Notes under the pieces: generated by a model
The model's input: the letters and a program-made list of their open reading frames with translations, nothing else
Told to the model about the DNA's origin: nothing
Databases searched by the model: none
Position numbers and translations under genes: made by a program
Source of the DNA: Mobula hypostoma
Taxonomy: Eukaryota
DNA length: 64,000 nt
Assembly (NCBI RefSeq): GCF_963921235.1
Contig: NC_086097.1
Location: 245,584,001-245,648,000, forward strand
Direction: 5' to 3'
Part shown: in pieces, positions 25,551 to 37,308 of the stretch
How positions within the stretch are numbered: position 1 is the first letter of the stretch
Layout of the letters: each line of letters begins with the position of its first letter

Positions 25551-25816
25551 GGCATAAATACTTGCTCTATTGCTGAAATGTTGCCACAACCAATGGACTC
25601 ACGTTCAACAATTCTTCATCTCATGTTCTCGATATTTATTGCTTTTTTATTTGTTATTATTAATTCTTTCTTTTTGTATTTGCACAGTTGTTTTTTGCTC
25701 ACTGGCTAAACAGAAGAGAAATGGTCTTTCATTGATTCTATTCTGGTTATTATTCTATTATGGAATTACTGAGTATGCCTGAAAGAAAGTGCATCTCAGG
25801 ATTGTATATGGTGACT

Positions 25817-26240
25817 TATGAGAACACTCAGTCCTCTTTTATTGTCATTTAGAAATGCATACATGCATTAAGAAATGATACGATATTCCTCCAGAGTTAT
25901 ATCACAGAAAAACAGGACAAACCAAAGACTAACACTGACAGAACCACATAATTATAACATATAGTTATGGCAGTGCAAAGCAATTCCATAATTTGATAAA
26001 GAACAGACCATGGGCATGGTAAAAAAAAAAGTCTCCAAGTCCCCGAGTCGATCGACTCCCGAGTCCCCGATAGCAGGCGGCCAAAGGGAGAAACTCCCTG
26101 CCATAAACCTCCAGACACCGACAACTGTCGATGCCTTGGAAGCAGCCGACCACAGCCAACACCGAGTCCGTCCATCCGAAAACTTCGAGCCTCCGACCAA
26201 CCCCTCCGATACAGCCTCCCAAGCGCCATCCTCTGCCGAT
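25817..26240 (-). mobile_element. Related subfamily of the CpG-rich non-LTR element, 5'-truncated
   Basis: Shares cagtcctcttttattgtcatttag...accacataattataacatatagtt...agaacagaccatgg with 4831-5489. Inserted in a Rex1-type tail. Confidence 0.65.
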
Positions 26241-26427
26241 AATGTCCTTTGATAATGAATTTACTTTGAACTTTGAGCCTTAAAAGAGACAGCATGGATA
26301 TGGTGGGATGACCGTCCGTACAACTGACTCAGTGTTTCATGATGATGTCAACTTTCGGGCAAACATCTTGGTCACTGGTGATTTATATCCATAAAGATCA
26401 TCTTAGAGCAATCTTCTTGCAAATAAC

Positions 26428-26840
26428 ACCATAAGAGATAGGAGCAGAATTAGGCCATTTGGCCCATTGCGTCAGTTCCACTGTAGCATCATGGATGATT
26501 TATTATCCTTCTCAATCCCATTTTCCTGCCTTCTCCTCATAACCTTTGACACCCTGACTATTAGAGAACCGATCGACCTCTTCTTTAAATATACCCAGTG
26601 GCTTGGCTCCACAGCTGTGTATGGCAATAAATTCCACAGATTCACTACCCTCTGGCTAAAGAAACTTCTCCACATCTCTACTCTAAAGGGGCCTCCTGGT
26701 ATTCCAGGGCTGTGCCCTGTGGTCCTAGATTTCCTTGCTATACAAAACATCCTGTTTGCATTCACTCTTCTCTAGGCCTTCAATAGGTTTCTATGAGGTC
26801 CCTCCTCATTCTTCTAAATTCTACTGCGTACAGGCCCAGA
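26428..26840 (-). mobile_element. CR1 LINE 3' end
   Basis: ORF 26472-26765 FRVEMWRSFFSQRVVNLWNLLP and a CR1 3' UTR. Confidence 0.85.
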
Positions 26841-27052
26841 GCTATCTATTCTGTATCCTGTGCTATGATAGGCTGGAATTTTTGTACTGATCTTCAGAGA
26901 TTCTTGTTTAAGACTGTTGAATAGCTCTGTCTGTATAAAAGTCAATGGGAAAGCTGAGTTTGCTGAATTAACATCACCATGATTGTCTCCTGAATATTGA
27001 TCATTTATATAGGACTGAAGTGCTCTGGATAAGTTAAAGATCAAGTTTATTG

Positions 27053-27724
27053 TGTAGCCCTCCTGGCCACCTTCAGGGTCGCTGGGCTCGCTGTTGTCTA
27101 GGGAAACAGCCCTTGGCCCCGGCAAACTGGGTAATTAGTTCGTGTGGATGCTGTGTGATGTACCCCACCCCGCCCAAATAACAGACAATACACCAGATAC
27201 GATTAAATGATTTACAGTTTATAGATATTACTGGAACTATTTAATTAATAGAGAATAAAATATAAAAGGAAAATAAAAAGGCGCCACATTTATCAAAGTT
27301 CAATCTCTTTGTGCACAAACAGTTGGAGCTCAGGACCCTTCTTCTTCACCCTGCAACCCCTCGGACCACTTCGACCGGCCGCCTGGGACCAACACCGGTG
27401 GTCAACCAGACGCTCCACATGAGTCTGTCTCCGTCTCCCCTCCTCGCTGAACGCCCAGCTCGGGGTCCGACCCCGTTAGCGGACTCATGGCACCTGGTCC
27501 ATTCTCTGTCTCTCTCTCCCGCCTTCTGCCCCAAAACCCTGCGCATACAATATCTTCAGACACACCAAAAGCATAACAACTATCGCAATTGGTTCATTCG
27601 TCCTCATATCAATAGATAATACAAAACAAACTGCTGGCGGGAAGGACTTTCTCAGCATTTCACATAACAAAGAAGCCATTTTAATTAGCCTACACAGTAA
27701 CATAAGAGACGAAACCCCCTTACA
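27053..27724 (-). mobile_element. Solo LTR (672 bp), probably Ty3/Gypsy-type
   Basis: TGTA...TACA termini and 4-bp TSD ATTG at 27049-27052 and 27725-27728. Strand is tentative. Confidence 0.75.
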
Positions 27725-27889
27725 ATTGTATACCACCAAATTAAACATCATTCCTCCACACCAAGGTGCACAAGACAGTACATATACAGGTAATTCAGAA
27801 ACACAACAGATAAAGTAATATTACCAGAAATAAATTAACAAATAATAAGGTGCAATTATGACAAAAGTTAAAATAAACAATACAATGTC

Positions 27890-28430
27890 AAAGAGTTTTG
27901 GCCCAGAACATTGAGTATTTACTCTTTCCCCAGATGCCACCTGGCCTGCTGAGTTCCTCCAGCATTTTGTCTGTGTTGCTCAGATTTCCAGCATCTGCAG
28001 ATTATCTCTTGCTTGTCTATAACGCTATATTCTGTCTGGGTAGCCTCCAACCTGATGGCATGAATATAAATTTGTCCTTCTGGTAGAAAAAACTTTCTTC
28101 CTCCCTCACCTTTTCTTCTATTCCCCACTCTGGCCTCTTACCTCTTCTCACCTACCTATCACCTCCCCCTGGGTCCCCTACTCCTTCTGTGGTCCGCTCT
28201 CCTCTCCTAGCAGATTCCTTCTTCTCCAGCCCTTTACCTTTCCTACCCACCTGCCTTCACCTATCACCTTCTAACTATCCTTCCTCCCCTTCTCCCAACT
28301 TTTTATTCTGGTGTGTCCCCCCCTTTCTTTCCAGGCCCGAAGAAAGTTCTCAACCTGAAGCGCCGACTGTTTATTCATTTCTGTACATGCTGCCTGACCT
28401 GCTGAGTTCCTCCAGCATTTTATGCGTGTA
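27890..28430 (+). mobile_element. Penelope-like element remnant: tandem pLTR plus GIY-YIG C-terminus
   Basis: End of ORF 27898-28086, IFCLGSLQPDGMNINLSFW*, resembles the PLE GIY-YIG C-terminal motif. A pyrimidine-rich UTR and degenerate hammerhead (~28330-28370) follow, and a preceding pLTR end lies at 27890-28015. Confidence 0.7.
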
Positions 28431-29621
28431 ACGCTGCTGGGCTCTTCATACGTGATGGGACCTGAGTGGCAGCAGGAGAGTTCAGTAGTCTCACAGCCTG
28501 GCGGAAGAAGCTGTTTCCCTGACTACCAGTGCTTGTTCTAGTGCTACGGTACACTATGATTAGTAGTGTGTTCAGTTCCTCAGTATGCCTCATGGCGCTG
28601 ACGTTTTTACTGAAATGTGAGAACTGTGACTGATATGGTAAACATCAGATCGGTAATATGACGACACAACAGCAGAGCAGTTAGTGCGATGCTTTACAGT
28701 GCCAGCTGTAAGATCGGTGTCCAATTCCTGCCCCTGTATGTAAGGCATTTATATGTTCTCCCCATGACTGTATGGGTTTCCTCCAGGTGCTCCAGTTTCC
28801 TCCCAAATTCCAAAGAAGTACAGGTTCCTTGTAGTAAATCTGTGGAATTCATTGCCACGGGCGGCTGTGGAGGCCAAGTCATTGGGTATATTTAAGGCAG
28901 ACCTTGATAGATTCTTGATTAGTCGGGGCATGAAGGAGTTAGGGGCTGAGAGGGAAATGGATCAGCCATGATAATAAGCAGTCTTTGGGTATATTTAAAG
29001 CAGAGGTTAATTGGTTCTTGATTAGTCAGGGCATGGGCAAAGGTTACAGGGAGAAGGCAGGAGAATGGGGTTGAGAAGCACGGCGACACTAGTGGACTGC
29101 CCCCAGCACATCCTCGGACTGTGTTAGTTATTGATGCAAACAATGACTTCCACTGTGTGTTTCAATGTTTCGATGTACATGTGACAAGTAAAGCTGGTCT
29201 TTATCTTAAGGAGCACTTTAACGGTCTGGTGTATTTTAATTTTCACCAAACTGACATTATGCTTGCATTACGATTGATCTGTTCCTTTAAATATGGATTG
29301 CATTCTAACGAAATAAGTTTAGGGATCACGAATATTTTGGTAAGGGACACGATGCATATATTTTCTTCCTAATATTGATATAAACTTACAGTGAGTGGCC
29401 ACTTTCTAATATAGTGGCTACTGTGGCCAAAGTGGCCCTTTTTACAACCTCTGCTGCTGTAGTCCTTCGGCTTCAAGGTTCAACGTGTTGTGCATTCAGA
29501 GATGCTCTTCCACACACCGTTGTTGTAACAGTGTGGTTATATGAGTTACTGCCAACTTCTTGTCAGCTTGAACCAGTCTGGCCATTCTCCTCTGACCTCA
29601 TGAACAAACAAGAGAAAATCT

Positions 29622-29830
29622 GCAGATTTTGGAAACTCAAGCAACACACACAAAATGCTGGAGGAACTCAGCAGGCCAGGCAGCATCTATGGAAATGAAT
29701 AAAGAGCCGACGTTTCAGGCCGAGACACGAGCCCTGTCCTGAGGAAGGGTCTCGGCCCGAAATGTCGACTGTTTATTCTTTTCCGTAGATGCTGCCTGGC
29801 CTGCTGCGTTCCTCCTGCATTTTGTGTGTG
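29622..29830. mobile_element. Penelope-like pLTR insertion, tail-to-tail palindrome
   Basis: Imperfect inverted arms ~29645-29726 and ~29749-29830. Confidence 0.8.
29734..29771 (+). ncRNA. Minimal type I hammerhead ribozyme motif (best-preserved copy)
   Basis: CTGTC (stem I), CTGAGGA core 29739-29745, extra A, stem II GGGT-CTCG-GCCC 29747-29758, GAAAT 29759-29763, GTC cleavage triplet 29764-29766, GACTG (stem I'). Transcription and activity are not shown. Confidence 0.6.
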
Positions 29831-30979
29831 CCTCTGATTAAAAAGGTGTTTTTTTCCACCCAACTGCCAATCACTGAATTTTTTTTTGTTTTTCACACCA
29901 TTCTCTGTAAACTCTTGAGACTGTTATTCTTGAGATTCCCAGGAGATGAGCAGTTTCTGAGATACTCAAACCACCCCGTCTGGCACCAGCAATCATTCCA
30001 TGGTCAAAGTCACATATCTTTCCCCTTTTTGATGTTTGGTCTATTACAGTGGCCACTAAATGTACATCCATGGTCTTCTGCTGCTGTAGCTCATCCACTT
30101 CAAAGTTCGACTTGTGTGTTCAGAGATGCTGTTCTGCACACCACTGTTGTAATGCACGATTATCTGAGTTAATGTTGCCTGCCTGTCAACTTTGGTCTGC
30201 AAGTCTGCATGCTTTTATGCATTGAGTTGCTGCCACGTGATTGGCCGATTTGATATTTGCATTAACCAGTAGGTGTATAATAAAGTGGCCACTGAATAGA
30301 TATTGTTTCAACGTAAACATTAAACTGGGCATTTGATGGAGACAGATTTGGACTGAAGCCACGTAATCACTTTCTGTCTATGGCTGCCAGCTATAAGCTT
30401 GTTAATAATTCTTGTGTATCAGACACTGAGAAGCCCAGATCCATTGATATCCTTACCTTGGTATGCTGTATTTATCTCCCAACAACAGATTACTGGAGCT
30501 CTGGTTTTAACACATTCTGCTCTTTGCATTTGTAGCCATTACAGCAAAAGTTTACTTTCTGTTCCTCTAGAGTCAAAGACATTGCACAGAGGTACAAGTC
30601 CTTCGGCCCAATGAATTCATGCCTGATACGGAACACAACTGGCTAGTCACATTTCCCTTATGTTCGGTCTATATCCCTGTAAGCCCCAACCCTCCTTGTA
30701 CATATCTAAATGCTGCTTAAAAGATACCTTTGTTATCAGGATCACAATAATACAGCACAGATACAACCCCTCCGGCCCGATGAGTCCATGCCATATTAAA
30801 CACTGAGGAGAAATATTCATTAAAACTCCCACAAATATCCCACTGTTTAAGACACAGGCAGCCCTGCTGATCTCTTCGAGGACCTCCCATCTTCCCAGCA
30901 AATCTCTTAACATAACTACAGAAACTCCTGAGATTTTCCTTAGCCCTTCCTGCGCAATCCATCTCCTGTGCTTTCAATA

Positions 30980-31780
30980 TTCGATAAGTTTCCAGGAGTT
31001 CGCCCTCATTCTTCTAAACTCCAGCAAGAACAGGCCCAGAGTCATCAAATGCTGGTCATATGTTAACCCTTTCATTCCCGGGATCCTGCTCAGGAACATC
31101 CTCTGGATCTCTCCCATTCTGGCACATTCCTTTCTAGATCATTATCATCATTATGTGCTGTGTCAAATGACATGGACACTCATGGTATTTTCTTAGATAA
31201 GGGCCCAAATTGCTCACAATGCTCCACGTGCGATCTGACCAATGCCTTTTATTCTAGTCCTCTTGAAATGAATGCTAACATTACATTTGCCTTCCTTACC
31301 ACCGACTCAACCTTCAAGTTAACCTTCAGGGATTCTTGCACAAGCACTCCCAAGTCTCTTTGCACCTCTGGTTTTTGAATTTGCTCCCCGTTTAGAAAAT
31401 AACCCATGCCTTTATTCCTTCTACCAAAGTGCATTATCATACACTTACTAAGACTTTATTCCATCTGCCACTTGTTTGCACATTCTCCCAATCTGTCCCA
31501 GTCCTTCTGCAAACTCCCTGCTTTCTCAATGATACCTAACCTCCACCTGTCTTTGGATCGTCTGCAAACTTGTCCACAAAGCCATCAATTCCATCATCCA
31601 AATCATTGACATACAACGTAAAAAGAATCAGTCCCAACATCGGTCCTTGCAGAATGCCACTAGTTACCAGCAGCCAACCAGAAAAGGCTCCCTTTATTCC
31701 CAATCTTTGCCTCTTTCCAGTCAGCTAATCTATTCATGCCAGTATCTTTCTTGTAATACCATGGGCTCTTATCTTGTTTA
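30980..31780 (-). mobile_element. CR1 LINE RT fragments (degenerate)
   Basis: ORF 31249-31440 MHFGRRNKG..YFLNGE..QRDLGVLVQESLKVN...KANVMLAFISRGLE. Confidence 0.85.
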
Positions 31781-32104
31781 GGAAATTATGTAAATTGTTA
31801 TTGTAGTGTAGTAAGATATATCACTTCCATCACATCACGGTTGATTGATCTTTGATTGTCATTCTTCATTTTCCTTTTCCCAGTTTATTAGTTTATTGTA
31901 CATAATTTTGACCTCCAGGGATGGTTCTCCTAAGATCACAAAGAGATTTATTCATCATTATTTGGAGGAGAGTAGGCCCATGAGGAACAGACATTGTGTG
32001 AATAAATGATCTGATGAAGATGTGTGTGGCAGAGTTTTCACCCTTTTTTATGACTGAGCTTACGTTTCTAGCAGGCATTTGAATAATACTGACTTGCCTT
32101 GGAG

Positions 32105-33075
32105 TCATAGAGACATAGAATACTACAGCACTGAAATAGGTCTTTCGGCCCATCTAGTCCAGGGGTTCCCAATCTGGGGTCCGTGGACCCCCTTGGTTAA
32201 TGGTAGGGGTCCATGGCTTTAAAAAAAAAAGTTAGATCCTAGTCCACGATGAACTGTTACTCTGCTAGTCCCATCAACCTGCACTGGGACTAAGATCGAA
32301 CCTGTATCAACCACTTGCACTGGCAGCTTGTTCCACACTCACACCACCCTCTGAGTGAAGATGTTCCCTTAAATGTTTCACCTTTCACCCGTAACCATGA
32401 CCTCTAGTTCTAGTCTCACTGAACCTCAGTGGAAAAAGCCTGCTTGCATTTACCCTATCTTATAATTTTGTATACCTCTATCAAATCTCCCCTCAATCTT
32501 CTGTGCTCCAGGGAATGAAGTCCTAACCGATTCAACCTTTCCCTAGAACTCAGGTCCTCCTGTCCAGGCAGCATCCAAAATTTTGTCTGTACTCTTTCAA
32601 TCTTATTGATATTTTTCCTGCAGGTACGTGACCAGAACGGCAGACTTGGCCCCACCAACCTCTCGTACAACTTCAACAGCATTCCATAACATGTCTTGTG
32701 GGTGCTTTTTCCTTCATTTAAGGGTACTATAGGAGAAATCAGATGTGCAGAGGGATCTTCCAGCCCAAATCCACAGAGAGCCCCACAAAGAGACAGTGGT
32801 AAAGAAAGCATTTGGCATGCTTACCTTCCTCGCTCGGGGCACTGTGTATAAAAGTCAGGAAGTCATGTTGCAGCTGTATGAAAGTTTGGTTACTCCACAC
32901 ATGAAGTACTGTGTGCAGTTCTGGTCACCCCGTATGAGAAAGGTGTGGAGGCTTTAGGGAGGGTGCAGAAGAGGTTCACCAGGATGCTGCCTGGATTAGA
33001 GAGCATGATCTATAAGGAGAGTTTGGATAAACGAGTTGGCTGAGAGGAAGCCCGATTGACGTTTATAAAATAATA
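32105..33075. mobile_element. Two opposed CR1 fragments (32105-32690 minus, 32725-33075 plus) with a nested hAT MITE at ~32160-32240
   Basis: ORF 32455-32811 (RERLNRLGLHSLEHRRLRGDLIEVYK) and ORF 32745-32957 (KKAFGMLTF...YKSQEVMLQLY...YCVQFWSP). Confidence 0.8.
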
Positions 33076-33119
33076 AGACAACTAGAATCTGTTTATTTCA
33101 TTTTTTTCTCTGTTTATTT

Positions 33120-33392
33120 ATTTATCTATCTATCGAGATACAGCACAGAATAGGCCCTTCCAGCCCTTAGAGCTGTACCGCCCAGTAATCCCATCGATTT
33201 AATCCAAGCCTAATCACAGGAGAATTTACAATGACCATCCAGTACAGCTTTGGACTGTGGGAGGAAACCAGAGCACTGGGGAAAATCCACACAGTCATGG
33301 GGAGAACATACAAACTCCTTACAGGCAGCAGTGAGAAATGAACCCAGGTTGCCTGCACTGTAAGGTGTTGTGCTAACCACTGCACCACCGTA
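33120..33392 (-). mobile_element. HE1-like V-SINE (further copies ~17210-17470, 28670-28830, 34260-34520, 40485-40730, 49930-50240, 50650-50910, 60820-61040)
   Basis: Minus-strand head CGGTGGTGCAGTGGTTAGCAC...GGGTTCATTTC, V-domain and CR1-like tail gaagggcctattctgtgctgtatctc. Confidence 0.7.
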
Positions 33393-33504
33393 CCGTACTG
33401 TATTTCTTAGGGCTGAAATGTCAAACACCAGGGGACATGCATTTAAGGTGGTGGGGGGAGTTTAAAGGTGATGTGAGGGGCAAATTTTCTGTTTATGCAG
33501 GGAG

Positions 33505-33780
33505 TCACACACACACAAAATGACAGAGGAACTCGGCAGGTCAGGCAGCATCTATGGAGTGGAATAAACAGCCGATGTTTTGAGCTGAGACCCTTCATTG
33601 GGACTGGAAAAGATGGAGTCAAAAACCAGAATAAGAAGTTGGGGGGGGAGGGGAAGGAGTATAGGTTGGCAGGTGTTAGGTGACAACAGGTGAGAGGGAA
33701 GGTAGGTGGGTGGGGGAGGTGGAGAAAGTGAGAAGCTGGGAGGTGATAGGTGGAAGAGATGAAGGGCGAAAGAAGAAGAC
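33505..33780 (-). mobile_element. Penelope-like pLTR-derived repeat
   Basis: cacacacacaaaatgacagaggaactcggcaggtcaggcagcatctatgg, with a degenerate hammerhead at ~33569-33606. Confidence 0.7.
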
Positions 33781-35800
33781 TTTTTCAGCTGACCCAACAT
33801 AAAGCAAGCTGCATTGCCTTCATTGGCAGCTGACCCAGAGTGAGACAAGGAACTACTGTGAGACAAGGAACTACTGTAAGACAAGCTGGATTGCCTTCAC
33901 TTGCATCTGACCTAGAACGAGATGAGGAACTGCTGCATGCTTGTTCCTGCAGAAACATGGCTACAGGATCACATCCCATGCACCATCAGTCCTCAGGCCA
34001 TGGCATTCAGGGACCGGTGACTACATTTCTGTGACTATATGTGCTGCATTTTGCACCATAGTCCCTGAGGAACGATGTTTCGTTTAGTTTACACATAGGT
34101 ATGGTTGAATGACAATTAAACTTGAACTTGAAGGAATCTGATAGGACAGAACAGTGGACCATGACAGAAAGGAAATGAGGATGAGAACCAGAAAGAGGTG
34201 ATGGCATGGATTTCTAAAGTTCAATAAAGTCACTATATACCATCCTGAGATTTACGTATTTAGTTATTGAGATACAGCATGGAATATGCTCTCTGGCCTG
34301 TCAAGCTGTGCCACCCAACAAATCCCCCAATTTAACACTAGCCTAATCACGGGACAATTTACAAGACCAATTAACCTACCAACCGGCACGTCTTTGGACT
34401 CTGGGAGGAAACCAGAGCACGTGGAGGAAATCCGCATGGTCACGGGAAGGACATGCAAACTCCGGACGGGAATTCAACCCAGGTCGCTAATACTGTGAAG
34501 CGTTGTGCTAACCACTATGTTTTCTTGAGGGCATACACAGTAATTCCAAGAAACACAAAAGGATCGATGGAAGACCGCACTCAACTGGACTGTCAAACAA
34601 ACAATGTACAAATTACTCTTCCAGTAAGATGGCTGCACATGCAAGCACAGTGGCCTCTCGCGAGCCAACAATTGGGGCTTTTTTCTCTTTGTATTTTTTT
34701 TACGATTGCAAGACAACTCTACTCCAAGAACATCGGGTACTGCAGGGTTACTCCATCAGTGAGCTGCTTGTTGATCCTAGTAGCTGGGCTTGTTTTGGTG
34801 GCAGAGCCTACGAGCTGTCGAAGGGTCCAGCTGGGATATTGGAGAAGGAGCCGGCTGAGGCGTTGAAGGGACTGGCTGGGTGGTGGAGTAGGAGCAGCTC
34901 ACCGGGATATCAGAGGAGCCGGTTTAGGTACATAGGAGCTAACCGGTCTGTTGACCATGTTGCTCCTCGCTATTCGGAAGTATCGAAGTCGGTGCAGTAT
35001 AACGGTGGGAGATTGTCTTGGATATTTCACTTGTGTTTGCAGGATTCTGTTGGACGGTGATGCTGCAAGTTGTTACAGGTCTGTTACCCTTGTCTGCTGG
35101 AGGGACAGATGACATGGGAGCTGTGTAGCTTCGGTTGTAGCAAAGACTAGGCCTTAATGCCTCAGGCTTGCCTGCTGCTGCAGACCAGGTGAGAAGACGT
35201 CCAAGCTTAACAGCCGGGGCCTGGCTTCTCCCGTCGGTGCTGCCCTTTCACGTTCGTCACTGCTGGGAGAACGTACCATCGATTGCTGGACATTGTCGCT
35301 CAGGGTCTTGGACTATGTATGTGTTTTATTTTTCCTTGCTTCCTTGCTCGCTATTTTGAATTATGTTGCTCACTAATTTACTAATTTGAAATGTTACTTG
35401 CTATTTTTTGAATGTTTGCTTACTAGTTTGAATATTTTGGACCTTTAGCCCCAGAGAAACGCTGTCTTGTTGAGCTGAATGATAATGGTGCAAGTATATA
35501 AGAGCGAGAGAGAGAGAGAGAAATAAATAAGCTGAAAAATTGAGAACATGAGATGAAGAGTCCTTGAAAGTGAGTCTGTTGGTTCAGAGATGGGGTGGAT
35601 GAGTTTGAGTAAAGTAATCCCCTCTAGTTCAAAAGCCTGCTCCTGAATCCAGTGGTATGGTTCCTGAGGCTCCTGTATCTTTTTCCTGACGGCAGAGTGA
35701 GAAGTGAGCGTGTCCAGTTTTCCAGTGTAGAGAAGAAATGTATTTCAGGTGGCGGGGGGGGGGGAGGGAAGCTGTTTAAAGATGTTAAAAAATAGGACAG

Positions 35801-35963
35801 AAACAACAGGAATTCTGCAGATGCTGGAAATTCAAGCAACACACATCAAAGTTGCTGGCGAACGCAGCAGGCCAGGCAGCATCTCTAGGAAGAGGTACAG
35901 TCAGGCCTGAAACGTCGAATGTACCTCTTCCTAGAGATGCTGCCTGGCCTGCTGCGTTCGCCA
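35801..35963. mobile_element. Penelope-like pLTR insertion with perfect 44-bp inverted repeat
   Basis: Arms 35856-35899 and 35920-35963 are exact reverse complements. TSD AAAAAATAGGACAG at 35787-35800 and 35963-35976. Confidence 0.85.
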
Positions 35964-35976
35964 AAAAATAGGACAG

Positions 35977-37055
35977 GTAGTGTTGAGGAAGAAGGGAGTC
36001 TGCAGAAGGTCTTGGACAATTGTGAGAAAGGGCAAAGAAGTGGCAGATTGAATATAGTAATACACTTCAGCAGGAGGAATAAAAGCATAAACTATTTCCT
36101 AAATTAGGAGAAAATTCAAAAATCAGAGGGGCAAAGGGATTTGGGAGTCCTCATGCAGGATTCCCTAAAGATTAACTTACAGGTTCAGTCGCTGGTAAGG
36201 AGGCAAATGCAATGTTAGCATTCATTTTGCGAGGACTAGAATACTAACAATGGATGTAATGCTGAGGTTTCATAAGACATTGGTCAGGCTGCAGTTGGAG
36301 TGTTGTGAGCAGTTTTGGGCCCCTTATCCAAGAAAAGATGTGCTGACATTGGAGAGGGTTCAAAGCGGTTCATGAAAATGATTCTAGGATTGAAGGACTT
36401 GTCATAGAAGGAGCATTTGATGGCTCTGGGCCTGTATTCACTGGAATTCAGAAGAATGAGGGGCGACCTCATTGAAACCTATTGAAGGTTGAAAGGCCTC
36501 AATAGAGTGGATGTGGAGAGGAAGTTTCCTGAGGTGGGAGAGTCTATGACCAGAGGACACAGCCTCAGAATAGAGTCGCGTCCTTTTAGAACAGAGAAGA
36601 GGGTTCTAGAGGAGGTTCACGTGAATGATCCCTGGAATGAAAGGGTTAACATATGAGCAGTGTGTGATGTCTCTGTCCTGCACTTGCTGGAGTTTAGAAG
36701 AATGAGGGAGCATCTTATTGAAACCTATCAAATATTGAAATGCTAGATAGAGTGGATGGAGAGACGATGTTTCCTATGGTGGGGAAGCCTAGGACGAGGG
36801 CATAGCCTCTAGTCCTAGAGTTAGAACAGAGAATGGAGAAATATTTCTTTAGCCAGAGAGTGGTGAATCTGTGGAATTCATTGTCAGTTCATTGGGTATA
36901 TTTAAGGCAGAGGTTGATACTTTATTGATTAAAGAGTACGGGGAGAAGGGAAGAAAGTGGGGTTGAAAGAATAATAAATCAGCCATGATAAAATGGCAAA
37001 GCAGCATCAATGGGCTGAATGGACTAATTCTGCTCCTGTGTCTTATCGTCTTCTG
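35977..37055 (+). mobile_element. Composite of degenerate CR1 3' fragments
   Basis: gggatttgggagtcctcatgcaggattccctaaag. The segment gaagaatgagggg...ttgaaacctat occurs twice (~36450 and ~36700), followed by a CR1 3' UTR. Confidence 0.8.
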
Positions 37056-37227
37056 TGTAGAGCAACTGTTGTTGTTTCACACAGGGAACCTGTTGCCAGG
37101 GTTAGTTGCTGGAAGCCGCTGAAACTAGAAGGCAAGGGGAGAAAGTTTTGAAGGAGATATTTCATCTAGAGGATGGTGTGTATGTGCAGCAAGATGCCAG
37201 AGGTGGTACAATTACAATGATCTAAAC

Positions 37228-37308
37228 CGGGAGTTCCCAACTTGCTTTCCACGGACCCCTTGGTTAACTGTAGGGCTCCATGGCATAAAAAAAGTTGGCA
37301 AACCCCTG
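37228..37308. mobile_element. ~80-bp hAT-type MITE (copies ~32160-32240, 41423-41500, 46067-46146)
   Basis: C(A/G)GGG...AACCCCTG ends and shared core ggtccatggacccc..ggttaatggtaggggtccatggc. 8-bp TSD atctaaac/atctaaag (7/8 match). Confidence 0.7.

Larger units (their letters stand above)
29389..30298 (-). mobile_element. Tc1-family non-autonomous element(s) with nested PLE palindrome
   Basis: TIR-like cagtgagtggccacttt and taaagtggccactga. ORF 29871-30098 DFDHGMIAGARRGGLSISETAHLLGISRITVSRVYREWCEKQ. Confidence 0.8.

Noticed and set aside
33840..33886. 18-bp tandem repeat (gtgagacaaggaactact) as a CRISPR-like array
   Set aside because: Only ~2.5 adjacent units with no spacers, inside a retroelement fragment in a eukaryotic context.
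34453..35360. 137-143 aa ORFs as host genes
   Set aside because: No recognisable domains. They sit between a SINE and a Rex-type tail in sequence starting with aagatggc, like the other non-autonomous elements.
35747..35770. G-rich tract as a functional G-quadruplex
   Set aside because: A simple poly-G run within decayed repeat sequence, with no other support.
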